DNA of 64,000 nt from Chiloscyllium plagiosum. Its lineage: Eukaryota. The stretch spans positions 56,431,126-56,495,125 of the forward strand of contig NC_057717.1 in the NCBI RefSeq assembly GCF_004010195.1. The letters run 5' to 3'. Numbering within the stretch: the stretch's first letter is position 1; every line of letters begins with the position of its first letter. A program made the translations under genes and the position numbers. Below the pieces are notes generated by a model. The model was not told the origin of the DNA, did not search any database, and worked only from the letters and a program-made list of their open reading frames with translations. Below are positions 51,459 through 64,000 of this stretch, piece after piece.

Positions 51459-53895
51459 CGGGAAAAACAATGACTGCAGATGCTGGAAACTAGAGCCGAG
51501 ATTAGAATGGTATTGGAAAATTTCAGCCGGTCAGGCAGCATCTGAGAAGCAGGAAAATCGACGTTTCGGGCAAAAGCACTTCATCAGGAATAGAGGCAGG
51601 GTGCCTGCAGAGTGGAAAGATAAATGAGAAGGAAGTGTGGGTGGGGAGAATGTAGCATAGAATACAATAGGTGAATGAGGGGGGAGATGGATGTGATAGG
51701 TCAGCGAGGAGGGTGGGGGAAGGTAACAAAAAGTACAATAGGTGAATGGGGGTGAGAATTAAGGTGATAGGTCAAAGTGGAGGGTGGACTGGATAGGTGG
51801 AAGGAAGATAGGCAGGTAGGACAGGTCATGGGGACGGTGCTGAGCTGGAAGTTTGGAGCTGGGGTGAGGTGGGGAAGGGGAAATGAGGAATCTGGTGAAA
51901 TGCACACTGATGCCATGGGTTTGAAATGTTCTGAGGTGTAAGATGAGGGGTTCTTCCTCCAAGCGTCGGGTGGTGAGTGAGCGGCTCTGGAGGAGGCCCA
52001 GTATCTCATGTCCTCGGAAGAGTTAGAGGGGGAGTGGAAATGTTGGACCACAGGGCGGTGGGGCTGATTGGAGCGGGTGTCCCGGAGATGTTACCGAAAG
52101 CGCTCTGCTAGGATGCGTCCACTCTCCCCAATGTAGAGAAGACCGCATCGGGAGCAACGGCTACAATAAGTTATATTGGTGGATGTGCACGTAAAACTTT
52201 GATAGATGTGGAAGGCTCCTTTGGGTCCTTGGATGGAGGTGAGGGAGGAGGTGTGGGCGCAGGTTTGCAATTCCTGCGGTGGCTGGGTAGGGTGCCTGGA
52301 TGGGAGGGTGGGTTGTTGGGGGGAGTGGACCTGACCTGGTAGTCACGGAGGAAACGGTATTTGCGGAAAGCAGAAATGGGTGGGGAGGGAAATATACCCC
52401 GGGTAGTGGGATCCGTTTGGAAGTGGCGACAATATCGTTGGATAATGTGGTTTGTGCGAAGATTGGTAGGGTGGAATGTGAGCACCAGGGGCGTTCTGTC
52501 CTTGTTACGGTTGGAGAGGTGGGGTTTGATTGCGGAGGGGTGGGATGTGCACGAGATGGGTTGGAGGGCATTTTTAACCACGTGATGAGGGAAATTGCTT
52601 TCTCTAAAGAAGGATGCCACCTGGTGTATTCTGTGGTGGAATTGGTCCTCCTGGGAGCATATACGGTGGAGGCGGAGGAATTGGGAATATGGGATGGGAT
52701 TTTTTCAGGAGATAGGGTGGTAAGAGTTGCAATCCATGTAGCTGTGGGTTTCGATGGATTTGTAAAAAATGTCAGTGTCAAGTCGATCGCCATTAATGAC
52801 GATCGAGGGGTCCAGGATGGGGAGGGATTTGTCAGAGATGGTCCAGGTGAATTGAAGGTTGGGGTGGAATGTGTTGATTAGTTGCTCAAACTCCTCGCAG
52901 GACCACGAGGTTGCACCAATGCAATCATCAATGTGGTAGAGGAAGAGGTGGGGCGTGGTGCCGGTGTGACTATGGAAGATGGGCTGTTCTACGTAGCCAA
53001 CAAAGAGATAGGCATAGCTGGGGCACATACGGGTGCTCACCGCTACCGTTTTGGTCTGGAGGAAGTGGGAGGATTCGGAAGAGAAATTGTTCAGGGGGAG
53101 GACCAGTACAGCCAAACGAATGGGAGTGTCGGTGGAAGGGTACTGTTGGGGACGATGGGAGAGCAAGAAACGGAGGGCTTGGAAGTCCTTGTCATGGCCG
53201 ATGGAGGTAAAGTGGGATTGGATATCCATGGTGAAGATGAGGTGTTGGAGGCCAGGGAAACTGAAGTCTTGGAGGAGGTGTTATCTCGAACGTAAGCGGG
53301 GAGTTCCTGGACTGGGGGGATAGGGCAGTGTCGAGGTAGGCAGAGATTAGTTCGATGGGGCAGGATAAGGCTGAGACAATGGGTCGGCCAGGGTGGGAAG
53401 GCTTCTGGATCTTGGGAAGGAGGTAGATTCGGGCAGTGCGGTGTTCCTGGACTATGAAGTTGGAAGCTGTGGTTTGGAGATTTCCTGAGGTGATAAGGTT
53501 CTGTATGGTCTGAGAGATGACGGTTTGGTGATGGGGGTGGGGTCATGGAAGATGGGGCGGTAGGAGGTGGTGTCTTCGAGTTGACGTCTGGCTTCAGCAG
53601 TGTAGAGGTCAGTGTGCCAAAATACCACTGCGCACCCTTTACCTGATGGTTTGATGGTGAGGTTGCGATTGGAGCAGAGGGAGTGGAGGAATGCGCATTG
53701 TCAGGGTAAGAGGTTGGAGTGGGGGAGGGGGTAGATAGGTTGAGGTGGTTAATGTCTCGGCGGCAGTTGGAAATGAAGATATCGAGAACAGGTAATAGGC
53801 TAGCACGGGGTGAAAAGGTGGATGGAATGTGCTGGACCCTCGGGTCCTCGGAAGGTGGGCCGGAGTCCTGATTGTAAAATAAGCACGGAATCGGA
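51459..53895 (-). mobile_element. Penelope-like element (RT plus GIY-YIG), 5'-truncated, 12-bp TSD
   Basis: NNFS..HFLQ..MCPSYAYLFVGYVE, YHIDDCIG, TDIFYK..SHSY, PLVLTFHP; GIY-YIG remnant (CSRCGLLYIGE) near 52120-52160. TSD ggcagcttaatg at 51447-51458 and 53896-53907. Confidence 0.92.
51555..51592 (-). ncRNA. Minimal hammerhead ribozyme motif in the Penelope 3' repeat
   Basis: Minus strand ttc CTGATGA AGTGC tttt GCCC GAAA CG TC gatt; GUC triplet. Confidence 0.7.
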
Positions 53896-56800
53896 GGCAG
53901 CTTAATGTGCCAGGGTCCAGGTGCTTAAGGCGGGACAGAGAGGGTGGAATGCGGGTTAATGCATATAATTTTTGATTAAGGCGAATATCACAGCAGTAAT
54001 GAGAGATGAATTAATTGAAGGATCTTCAAGTGAAGCTTTATGTGTGGAGCTAAAAATTAAAAGGGAATGATGACTTTATTGGGGTTGTTCGATAAGCCCT
54101 CAAATAGTCAACAGGAATTATAGGAACAATATGCAGGAAATTTGGGGAAGCTTGGAGGAGCAATCGGGTTGTTATAGTAAGGGATTTTAGGATTCCTAAC
54201 AGAGACTTGGACAGCTGGATCGTTAAGGGTTTACATTGGGTGGAATTTGCAAAGCACGTTCAGGAAAATTTGTGCAAGCATTATGTAGAGAGTCCGACAT
54301 GGAAAGGGGCATAAATTGTGGTAATATTGGGAATCCGTGGGGGGTGAGAATGGGGATGCAGGTAACAGTGGGGAGTACTTCGTCACCAGTAATCATAGTC
54401 CAATAAGTTGAAAAATAATTTTGGGGAGGTACAATACTGGTTCATATGTTCAAGTTCTAAATTTAGGCAACGCGACGTTTGGTAGAATTAAAAAGGGACA
54501 TGGACAGGAACAGGGACATTAGACAGAGATAGTGAGGCTTTGAACAGAAAAACAAAAACAATGAGGTGTGGCTCAGATACGGGCAGTTGGGATGAAGGGA
54601 TTCCTTCGAGGTAGATAAGGGATGCACGATTTTACTGTCGAAGGAAAACAGAGGGCGAAAGGAGGGTCCGAGATAGCTTTGGCTAAGAATGTTGGGGTGA
54701 ATCCAATAGGTTCTTTCAGGATATTAAAGGAAAAAAAAGAATAACTAGAGAGAAAATCGGATGTCAGAAGGGCCAAATTGGACATGTATGTGTAGAACTG
54801 CAGGAGATGTGCGAGGTCTTAAAAGAATATTGGAAAGAGACAGGTCAGTGCACAGGTAAAGAGTTATCGATGGGGCAAGGGCACTTATGATGCGATTAGG
54901 CAATAGGATGCATAGAATGGAGTGGCAAAATGCAGGGTGTGGGGTCAATGGAAATGTGGAGCTGGTTTAAGGAACAGATACTGCATGTCCTTGATAGGTA
55001 TGTCCCTGTCAGGCAGGGACGAAGTGAGAATGTAAGGGAACCGTCGATTATTACAGAAATTGCATCTCTTGTTAGGCAGAAGAAGGAGGCTAATGTGTTG
55101 ATGAGACAAGATGGTTCAGATGAGAGGATGGAGCGTTACTGATTATCCAGGAGGGATTTTAAGAGAGCGTTAGGAAGAGCAAAGTGAGGATATGAGCGGT
55201 TTTTAGCCGGTAGAATAACGGAGAACCCTAAAGCTTTCTATAGGTATGTGAGGAATAAATAGATAATTAGGGTAGGAATAGGGACAGTCAAAGATAAAAG
55301 TGTGAAGTTGAGTGTGGACCTTGTGGAGCTCAGAGAGGTGCTAAATGAACATTTCTCAGCGGTTGTCACTTAGGGAAACGAGAAAATTGTAGAGGTGAAG
55401 AATGAGACACGATATAATAGTCTAAAAATGATTATGGCTCGTTAAGAAGAGGTATTAACAATTCTAGAAGGAATGAAAATAGACAAGTCCCCTCGGCCGG
55501 ATGGGATTTATCTGGGAAGCGAGGGAGGAGATAGTTGAGCCTTTGGCTTTGATATTTGAATCGTCGTTGTCTTCAAGTTTAGTACTGCAGGACTGGAGGA
55601 TTGCAAATGTTGTGCCCTTGTTCAAGAAGGACAGTAGAGCTGACCCAGGTAATCATAGACCAGTGATCCTTGCTTCTGTTTTAGGAAATGTTTTGGAAAG
55701 GAACAATTTGATTTCAGGAAGTCAAAATGGCTACGTCAAGGGCAGGTCATGTCTCACAAACCTCACTGAGGTTTTAGAGAAGGTGATCAAGCATATAGAT
55801 GAAGATAGGGCAGTTCACGTGGTGCACATGGATTTCAGTAAAGCTTTTGATAAGATTCCACATGGCAGGCTTTCAGAGCAAATGCAGAGACATGGGTTTG
55901 AGAGTGATTTCGTAGTTTGGATTAGAAACTGGCTTTCTGATAGAAGGCAGCGAGTCGTGGTTGATGGAAAATATTCAGCATGCCCGGTTGCCAGAAGTCC
56001 GGTTACCAGTGGTATGCCACAGGAATCTGTTTTGGTATCACTGTGGTTTGTCATTTTTATAAATGACTTAACGCAGGCATAGGTGGATGAGTTAGTAAGT
56101 TTGCAGATGACACGACAGTCGGTGGAGTAGTGGACATTATGGAAGAATGTTGCAGGTTGTAGGTGGACTTGGATGACCTGCAGAATTGGGCTGAGGTGTG
56201 ACAATTGAGTTCAATGCAGATAAATGTGAGATGATTCACTTTGGGAAGAATAACAGGAAGGCAGAGTACTGGGTCATTGGCAGAGTCTGGGCAGTGTGGA
56301 TGTGCAGAGAGACCTGGAGTCCATGTACACAGATCCCTGAAATTTGCTATCCAGCTTGATAGTGCTGTTAAGAAGGCATACGGTGTGTTAGGTTTCATTG
56401 GTAGAGGGACACAGTTCCGGAGCCGCAATGTCACGCTGGAATGATGCAAAACACTAATGTGGCCGCACTTGGATTATTGTGTACAGTTCTGGTCACCCCA
56501 TTATAGGAAGCGTCTGGAAGCATTGGAAAAGGTGCAGAGGTGTTTGTCCAGGATGTTGCCTGGTCTAAAGGCTATGAAATAATTCGGGAATGGTAAGGAT
56601 TTTTTTTTAAACAAGTATTGGCTGAGATATTTATCTGCATTATCACAGTACCGATATTGATCAATGAGATCCCATGAAAGCCCGAGTGTCCGTCGAAGCG
56701 CACAGTTGTGGTTGACTACTTATAACAATCGTGTTAACGTCCGCTGGATGTAACCCTGCAAAGTTTCAACTCCTGCCAAATGTGATGGTGTTTCCTGTTG

Positions 56801-58029
56801 TTTCACTGCTGCAAGGGCTTGCCCCTTTGCCGGCTGGCACAAATCTAACAACTTTAGCGGTACTGTTCAAGAATGTTTGCTGCTTTTAATGGCTCATTTC
56901 ATCGTCTCAGCCGGGGTTCGAATTTTAATTTCGAAAGCCAGACAACTTGACCACGCTCCCAAATCACTGCTGAACTTGCTATAGTTTGCATGTTTACAAT
57001 CGCTGCAATGCATCACGAATGGATGAGAAGAAAAGTCCGGCTTGAACCTTGATCCTGCTGTAAGACACCATCGGGGACAGCCAACCCACGGCACCAATTT
57101 TGCACGACAGCCCTCCAACGCATCTTTCAAAACAGAACAATCCACGAGATATAATGTGAGGGAAAATGACAACATTTCTGAATCGGTGCATTCTGTTTGA
57201 ATTCAATAAAATACAAATGGACTTTGCAAGATTTCTCAAATTTTGAAAGTCACTTTCCATGTTATTTTTTCCCTTTACTTACAAAGGAAGAACTTGCATG
57301 TTTGAGGCGAAAGTTCAGAAGGCGAGAGTTTTCCATTCTGGAAGGCTTGATTCTGCCCACTGTTCCAATGTGTTTTGTTAATGTGGGGCATGTGACCGTG
57401 GCCGTACACATGGAAAGGCTCCAGTGCAGAACCGCGCATAATCTGAGTGCAAAATTATTGATGCTACATTAAAATCAGCGCAATGTGTGCTGTAGTCACT
57501 TGTTGCCAAATCTAAATGAAATTTGCTCTTATACTGCAAATCTTTTCGCCAATATTTGCTGTTAAACAGGGCAGAAAATACAATTTCAATTACTTGCGAT
57601 ATGTAATTTTGTTACGTTTCTCACCTCGCCGCATCCGAGTAACAGATAAGTTATATGGTACTGACCACGATTTGCAAAAAGGCAGCTGATATGTCGGCTT
57701 CTGTTTGGTTGTGTCCAAGCAATCGCTGTATAAATGGACGGTCGTTTCAAGGAAGCTAGCAGAAGCATTTCCCGGAATTGTTGGTGTGGAAATCAGATTG
57801 TTGACTTATTTGGGCTGTTAAATGTTGTTTCGAGAAATAACTTGGCAAAGCTTCTTGCACGAGTGCATGTTTTATGTGCGCCTGAAACAGACGTTTTGGC
57901 CATGAAAGAAAAAAAAATAGCTTTTGAGTGGTAAGATGACAGCGGAGAAGGCACACTCGAAGCTTTGTTTGTTCCCCATCGCATGTTAGTACGTCCGAAT
58001 CACAATTTGTCAGGGCAGGTCATGCCTCA

Positions 58030-59965
58030 GAAGTCTTATTGAGTGAACTGAGATTTTTGACGAGACAAGTTGATGAACGTCGAGCAGTGATCTTGTGAAT
58101 ATGTATTTCACTAAGACATTTGTTTATGTTTCACAATGTTAGCTAATTCAGAAAGTTAGGAGGTAAAGGATACAGAGAAGCTTGGCTGTCAGGATACAGA
58201 ATTGGCTGGACGAAAAAAGACAGCAAGTGGTAGTGAGTGGAAAGTATCCTGCCTGGATGTCAGTGACCAGAGGTGTCGCGCAGGGATCTGTTCTTCGGAC
58301 TCTGCTCTTTGTAGTTTTTAACAAATGACTCCGATGAAGAACTGGAAGGGTGAGTTAGTAAGCTCAATGATGGCACAGGTTGCTGGGGTATTACAGAGTG
58401 ACATTGATAGGTATCAGAACTGGGCTGAGAGGTGGCAGATGGAGGTTAACCAGGATAAACATAGATTACCTACAGTGTGGAAACAGACTATTTGGCACAA
58501 AAGGTCCACACCATACCTACGAAGAATAATCCACCCAGATGCATTCCCCGACCCGATACTTATCACTAACTAATGCTCCTAATAGTATTGACAATTTAAC
58601 ATGGTCAATTCACATAACCTGCACATCTTTGGATTGTTGGTAACCGGAGTACGCAGAGGAAACCCACGCAGACACGAGGAGAATGCGCAAATTCTACAAA
58701 GACAGTTGTCTGACATGGTAATCGAAGCCTGATCCCTGCTGGTGAGAGGCAATGGTGCTAGTCACTGAGCCACCGTGCTGTCCTGCGTAGTGAAACACTT
58801 TGGAAGTTTAATTTGAATTCTGTATACAGGGTTAAAGACTGGATTCATGGCTGTGTGAAGAATCACCAGGATCTTGTGTTCCATATGCATAGATTCCTCA
58901 AAGTTGGCACCCAATTTGATCGGGTTGTAAAGAAGGTTGTTGCCTGGAATGGAGCATAGGTCGTACGAGGATAGGTTGAGATTGCTAGGCATTTTCTCGT
59001 TGGAACGGCGAAGGATGAGGGGTTACTTGATAGACGTTTATAAGATGATCAGAGGAATAGATAGAGTAGACAGTCAGAAACCTTTTCCCCGGGTACAACA
59101 GAGTGTTACAAGGGGACATAAATTTAAGGTGAAGGGTGGAAGGTATAGGGGAGATGTCAGGGGTGGGTTCTTTACCCAGAGAGTGGTGGGGGCATGGAAT
59201 GCGCTGCCTGTGGGATTTGTAGAGTCAGAATCTTAAGTGACCTTTAAGCGGCAATTGGATAGGTACATGGATGGGTGTTTAAGCTAGGACAAATGTTCGG
59301 CACAACATCGTGGGCCGAAGGGCCTGTTCTGTGCTGTATTGTTCTATGTTCTATGTTCTAAGGTTTACAGGGGCATTGAGTATAGGAGCCGCGAGGTTTT
59401 GCTGCAGCTCTATAATCCCCTTGCAGAAGACACTTGGAATGTTGTGTCCAGTTCTGAACGCCTCATTACAGGCAGGATGTACATGCTTTAGAGAGCGTGC
59501 AGAGAAGATTTACCTGGATGCTGCCTGAATTGGACTGAAGGGAGACTGAGTGAGCTAGGGCTTTTCACACTGGAGAGCAGAAGGAACAGAGTTGCCTTGA
59601 TAGAGGTGTAGAAGGTAATGAAAGGCATAGATAGATTAAATCGCCAGAGACATTTCCCTACTTCGGAAGCGGTGGCAATGAGGGTTCATAATTTTAAGGT
59701 GATTAGAGGAAGGTACAGGAGTGATGTCAGTGGGATAGATTCGTTACGTAAATAGTAATGGATGCGTGGATTGCACTGCCAGCGATGGTAGTAGAGTTAG
59801 TGTCATGAGGGACATTTAAGCAACTGCTGGACAAGAACATAGACGGCAGTACATTGAGGAGCTGTGTGGGTTAGGTCGATCTCAGATGAAGATACATGCT
59901 CGGAACAACATCGTGGGCTGAAGCGACTGTACTGGACTGTACTGTTCTGTGTTGTCTGCTCTATG
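58030..59965 (+). mobile_element. CR1 with nested HE1 (-, 58460-58780) and a younger CR1 3' end (58939-59359)
   Basis: Host RT remnants on both sides; nested CR1 MLPGMEHRSYEDRL..WNALP with (ttctatg)n tail and TSD aaggtt (58933, 59360). Confidence 0.85.
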
Positions 59966-60329
59966 AAAACAACTCAGCTCATTGTTGTGTCATTTAGACT
60001 GGAAACTTCCTGAATGACGACAAACGACAAGACAACACGAAATGGGGGAAATTGTTGGTAACGATGCTTGTTTTCAGACCTTGAACGATGACTAACTCGG
60101 CAGGAATTCATTCAGAAACAGAAGTCTCCAGAACATTATTCATGAGGATTCAAACGTGCGCAGGGAAACTCAACGGATTGCTAATCACTTGTTTAACCAC
60201 TTGTTCACGACTACAACACGGAACCACGAAGTAATATTTCCAGTAAAATATCATGCAATAATTCCATCAGGAAAACTGAACTTGGATCACCCGGGTTCAT
60301 TCTGCCACAAACTTGATGGAGAGATTATC

Positions 60330-63300
60330 AGAATCTATAGTGATGGCAACAATTCGATTGCAAATGAAGCAGCTTAAGTTCGAGATGAGAGCTAAGGAAA
60401 CGACAGCTGAAATGAAATGTTTAATTTATGATCAATAGTAGAAGAGAGGGAAAAAGAGATAGCAGAGAAAGAAAAAGGAGAGAGCTTTTGAAATTTAAAA
60501 ACTGATACTTTAAAGGAAAAGCCACAGTAAAAGGCTGAAGATAAAGGCTTATGATAGAGTTTGTGTAGAAGACAGTGAGGATGAGCAAGCCCCTGGTCGT
60601 CAGAAGCCAAGTACGAAAATGTCCAGTAATGTTCAAACATTGCCTAAATTTGATGGGAAGAATGTGAAAGCCTTTATCATCTCATTTCAAAAGATAGCTA
60701 AGCAAATGCAGAGGCCAGTGGCAACGTGGGTCTTGTTGATCTAGACATAACTTATAGGGACGGCGAGTGATGTGTCCGCATCACTATCAGAGGATATCTG
60801 GAGAATATCAGGAGAAAAAGAAACATTTTAAGTGGATATGAGCTTGTCACAAAAACTTATCAACAACTTGTCAAGAACCGAATGAGGTACACTGGTCAAA
60901 ACTATATTGACTTTGAAAGTATCAAACACAGTAATTTCGATAGGTGGAGAAGGGCTTCAAAAATCGAACAAACATATGATGCACTTAGAAGGGTAATTAG
61001 TTTGGACGAATTCAAAAATTCACTGCTGAAGAAATGCGAGCTCATTTGGAAGAACCGAGAGTTAACACAACAAGATTAGCAGCTGAAGTGGCTGATGATA
61101 ATAAGCTTGTTACAAAAAGCACGGTTTGGTTTCCAGAATCAATTTCAGTCTGTGAGGGACAGAAATTGTGGCAAAAAGAATTCCTCAAGTGGAAAGAGAA
61201 AAGTAGATATCTGTGAAGACTGTAAGTATAACTTGACACAGGGTGAAAAATAAACCTTTGATGACGACAAAGGAGTTAAAAAAGCTTCGGTGTTTTCATT
61301 GTAATAAAGTGCTGGTGAGCCAGAAGAGAGCCAGATGTCGGCAAACGAGAGCAGCCTGGAAGTTTTGTTGGACGAGTAACAAAAGGCACAAGGAAAGTTT
61401 GATAACTGCCTCAGAATGTACAAGATGATCAGAGGTTGGTTAAGAATGAAGTGCTTAAAAATATATGTGCAAGGGTAAAGTTTATTTATATAGGTCAGGA
61501 GAAGGAAGTAAGGAGTTTACAGCACTAATGACCAGTGTATGTCTGTAATGAACAAAGGTGAAAGCGAAGGAACAGGACCTTCGGCTCTCCAAGCATGAAC
61601 TGATCCAAATCTACTTTCTAAACCTGTCACCCAATTCTGAAGCATTTGTATCCCGCTGCTCCCCACCGACTCATGCATCTGTCCAGACGCATCTTAAATG
61701 AATCTACCGTGCCTGCCTCTACTACCTCTTTTGGCAACGCGTTCCAGGCACTTACCATCCTCTGTGTAAAGTAGTTGCCGCGAGGATCCCCCTTAATATT
61801 TTCACCTCTCACCTTGACAACTGACCTCTCGTTATTGGATCCTTCACCCTGGGAAACAGCTTATCTCTAACTACCCTGTTTACACCCTTCATGCTTTTGT
61901 AGACCTCAATCAGGTCCTTTCTCAAGCTCCTTCTTTCTAATGAAAACAAATCTAACCTGCTCAACCTCGCTTCATAACTAGCACTTTCCATACAAGGCAA
62001 TATCCTCGTAAAACATATTTGCACCCTCTCCAAAGCGTTCACATGATTTTGGTAATGTGGCGACCAAAACTGTACACGGTATTCCAAATGCAGCTGAACA
62101 AAGCCTTGTACAATTTTAACATGACTTGCCAGCTCTTATTCTCAAAACCCCGTCTGTTGAAGACACGCATGCCAAATGCCTTCTGGACCACTCTATCCAC
62201 CTGTGCAGCAAACTTCAGGGTACAATAGATCTGAACTCCCAGACATCTCTGCTCATCAACTTTTCCCAAGTCTCTTTCGTTTAGTGTATAATTCGGTCTA
62301 GATTTAGACTTTCCAAAATGCATCACCTCGCATTTGCCTGAAGGCTTAAGAATGAGGAGATATGTACTCCTCAGAGACTATTGCCAGAAAAGGTACTGGT
62401 AACAGAAAGTCATGTGAAACAAAAAAAGTACTCAATTATGTAAACTGAGGCTCGAGAGTCCAGAGAACCATGGAGAATCTGTGTTAGAGTATTGGGCTAC
62501 CTCTCAACTCCTATGAATGCAATTTGTCCTTGCAAATAATAAAGCTGATTCGCCGGTAGGTTTGATAGCTATTCAAGTTGAAAAGCCAGTGCCGATGCAG
62601 GTAACTGAAGTGGCAACTAGATATCCAGAGGCAAGCACATTACGGAACATCACAGCTAAAAGGGTTGGAGAAGAATTGCTCAGTTATTTTAACTAGACAT
62701 GGACTAAAAATAGAGTTCCAGTCAGGTCAAGGATCAATCTTCATATCCAAACTCTTCAAGGAGGCTATGGATAACTTGGGAATAATGCAATTTAAATCCA
62801 GTGTGCACCATTCAGAATCTCATGGAGGGCGAAAGAGATGGAATAAAACACGAAATAACATGTTAAGGGCTTATGATCATGATTATCACAATGATTGGGA
62901 AAAGGAAGTTTTGTTTGTCCTTTTTGCGATCAGAGATGAACCAAATAAAGCGACCAAATGCAGTCCATTTGAATGAATTTTGAGGCAGGAAGTAAAAGAA
63001 TATTAGAATTGATTAGGGAGAAATTAAACATGCAGAATTTGGAGATCACCCATTAGGTTTATTGTCAAATTTTAGAAAACAATTAAATAGAGCTGGAGAA
63101 TTTGCGAGGTAGCATTTAAAAAGTATCACAGCATACATTGAAACAGGAAGCGCATAAGAAATCAGAAATTCGCGATGTTGCATATTGGGATAAGACATTT
63201 CTGTTATTACAAGAACAGGTGATCCTTTAAAAGCAAAGTTAAGCGGACCTTATCAAATCGAGAGGGTATTGTGTGAAGTGAACAACTTGATAAAGACTCC

Positions 63301-64000
63301 AGACAGGATGAAATCCAACAGAGAGTGTCATGAGAATATGCTGTTCTTGATCGGAAATGAAAGCAAGAGGAGAAGGTATTAGTCATTACAGCATAGAAGG
63401 AAGAGCTAAGTTCACAGTTGGACAAAGCTCAAATAAAATTGGACAATAAGGACGTTGTCCAAATTTGTGACAAATTATTAAGTTATCTTCCACAAGGAAA
63501 TCGAAATGTCCTGAAAAAGTCATTGCTATCAAATGGGGAGATATGTGGAAATAAATTAGGAAGTACTAAGCTAAATGTGCATGATTTCAAGATAGGTGAT
63601 TCTGTTCCAATTAAGCAGCATTCTTATCAACATAACTCTCTAAAGTTGGCACAGCTTCAGCAGGAGATTGAGCACATGCTACAAGATGGCATAATCGATG
63701 TGATTTATCGTGAATGGAGCTCATCCATAGTCATGGTGCCAAAGCCAGATGGTACCCAAGGGTTATGAGTGGACTATCGCAAAGTCAACGCCGTTACAAA
63801 GATTGATGCATATCCAGTTACACGTTTGGAGGACTTTATCAAAATAGTGGGACATATGACTTACATTTTGCAGCTGAACTAGCTCAGAGGCGACTGGGCA
63901 AGTTCTTCTGTTAAAGAGTGGAAAGGCAATTTCTGCTTTTGTAAAGGTAAGTGAACAATATCAGTTCGAAGTCATGCTGTTTGGTGTGATAAAATTCTCC
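60330..64000 (+). mobile_element. Decayed Gmr1-like Gypsy LTR retrotransposon (gag-PR-INT-RT order)
   Basis: gag LPKFDGKNVKAF, YELV, CFHC knuckle; integrase TRYPEA, QSGQGSIF, VLFAIRD..SPFE, GPY (about 62610-63260); RT PIKQH..WSSSIVMVPKPDG..VDYRKVNAVTKIDAYP (63600 onward). Confidence 0.88.
61545..62340 (-). mobile_element. CR1 3' part inserted in the Gypsy element
   Basis: EYRVQFWSPHY..LERVQ, FTQRMVSAWNALP. Confidence 0.9.

Larger units (their letters stand above)
51350..56572 (+). mobile_element. CR1 ORF2 pieces (two overlapping copies joined near 54830), interrupted by the Penelope element
   Basis: APE start at 51350-51458 resumes at 53908; DWRIANVVPLFKK, MDFSKAFDKIPH, FINDL, FADDT. Confidence 0.88.

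Noticed and set aside
52300-53323. Long + strand ORFs
   Set aside because: Antisense shadows of the Penelope RT
60035-60055. aatggggg as the tRNA-Pro primer-binding site of the Gypsy element
   Set aside because: Match too short and no clear LTR end upstream
1-64000. CRISPR array or prokaryotic system
   Set aside because: Vertebrate DNA; no regularly spaced repeat-spacer array or operon-like ORFs

Overview
Eukaryotic genomic DNA from a cartilaginous fish. HE1/V-SINEs, shark-type CR1 LINEs and a shark IgM-type exon point to a shark, plausibly a bamboo or carpet shark. Much of the window is decayed retroelement sequence: CR1 LINEs, HE1 SINEs, one Rex1/Babar 3' end, Penelope-like elements carrying minimal hammerhead-ribozyme motifs, a Gmr1-like Gypsy element with integrase upstream of RT, and a gamma-type ERV env with PPT and 3' LTR. 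The main non-TE features are (i) an orphan, frameshifted IgM heavy-chain CH1 exon (12581-12882) with no V/D/J or CH2-CH4 visible, and (ii) a series of short + strand candidate exons with splice-like signals, partly compatible phases and recurring peptide motifs, suggesting an unrecognised micro-exon gene spanning the window. One of these exons lies inside a near-perfect 585-bp tandem duplication. There are two assembly gaps (34461-34688, 43373-43872) and no intact long ORF. TE boundaries were judged by eye and are approximate.
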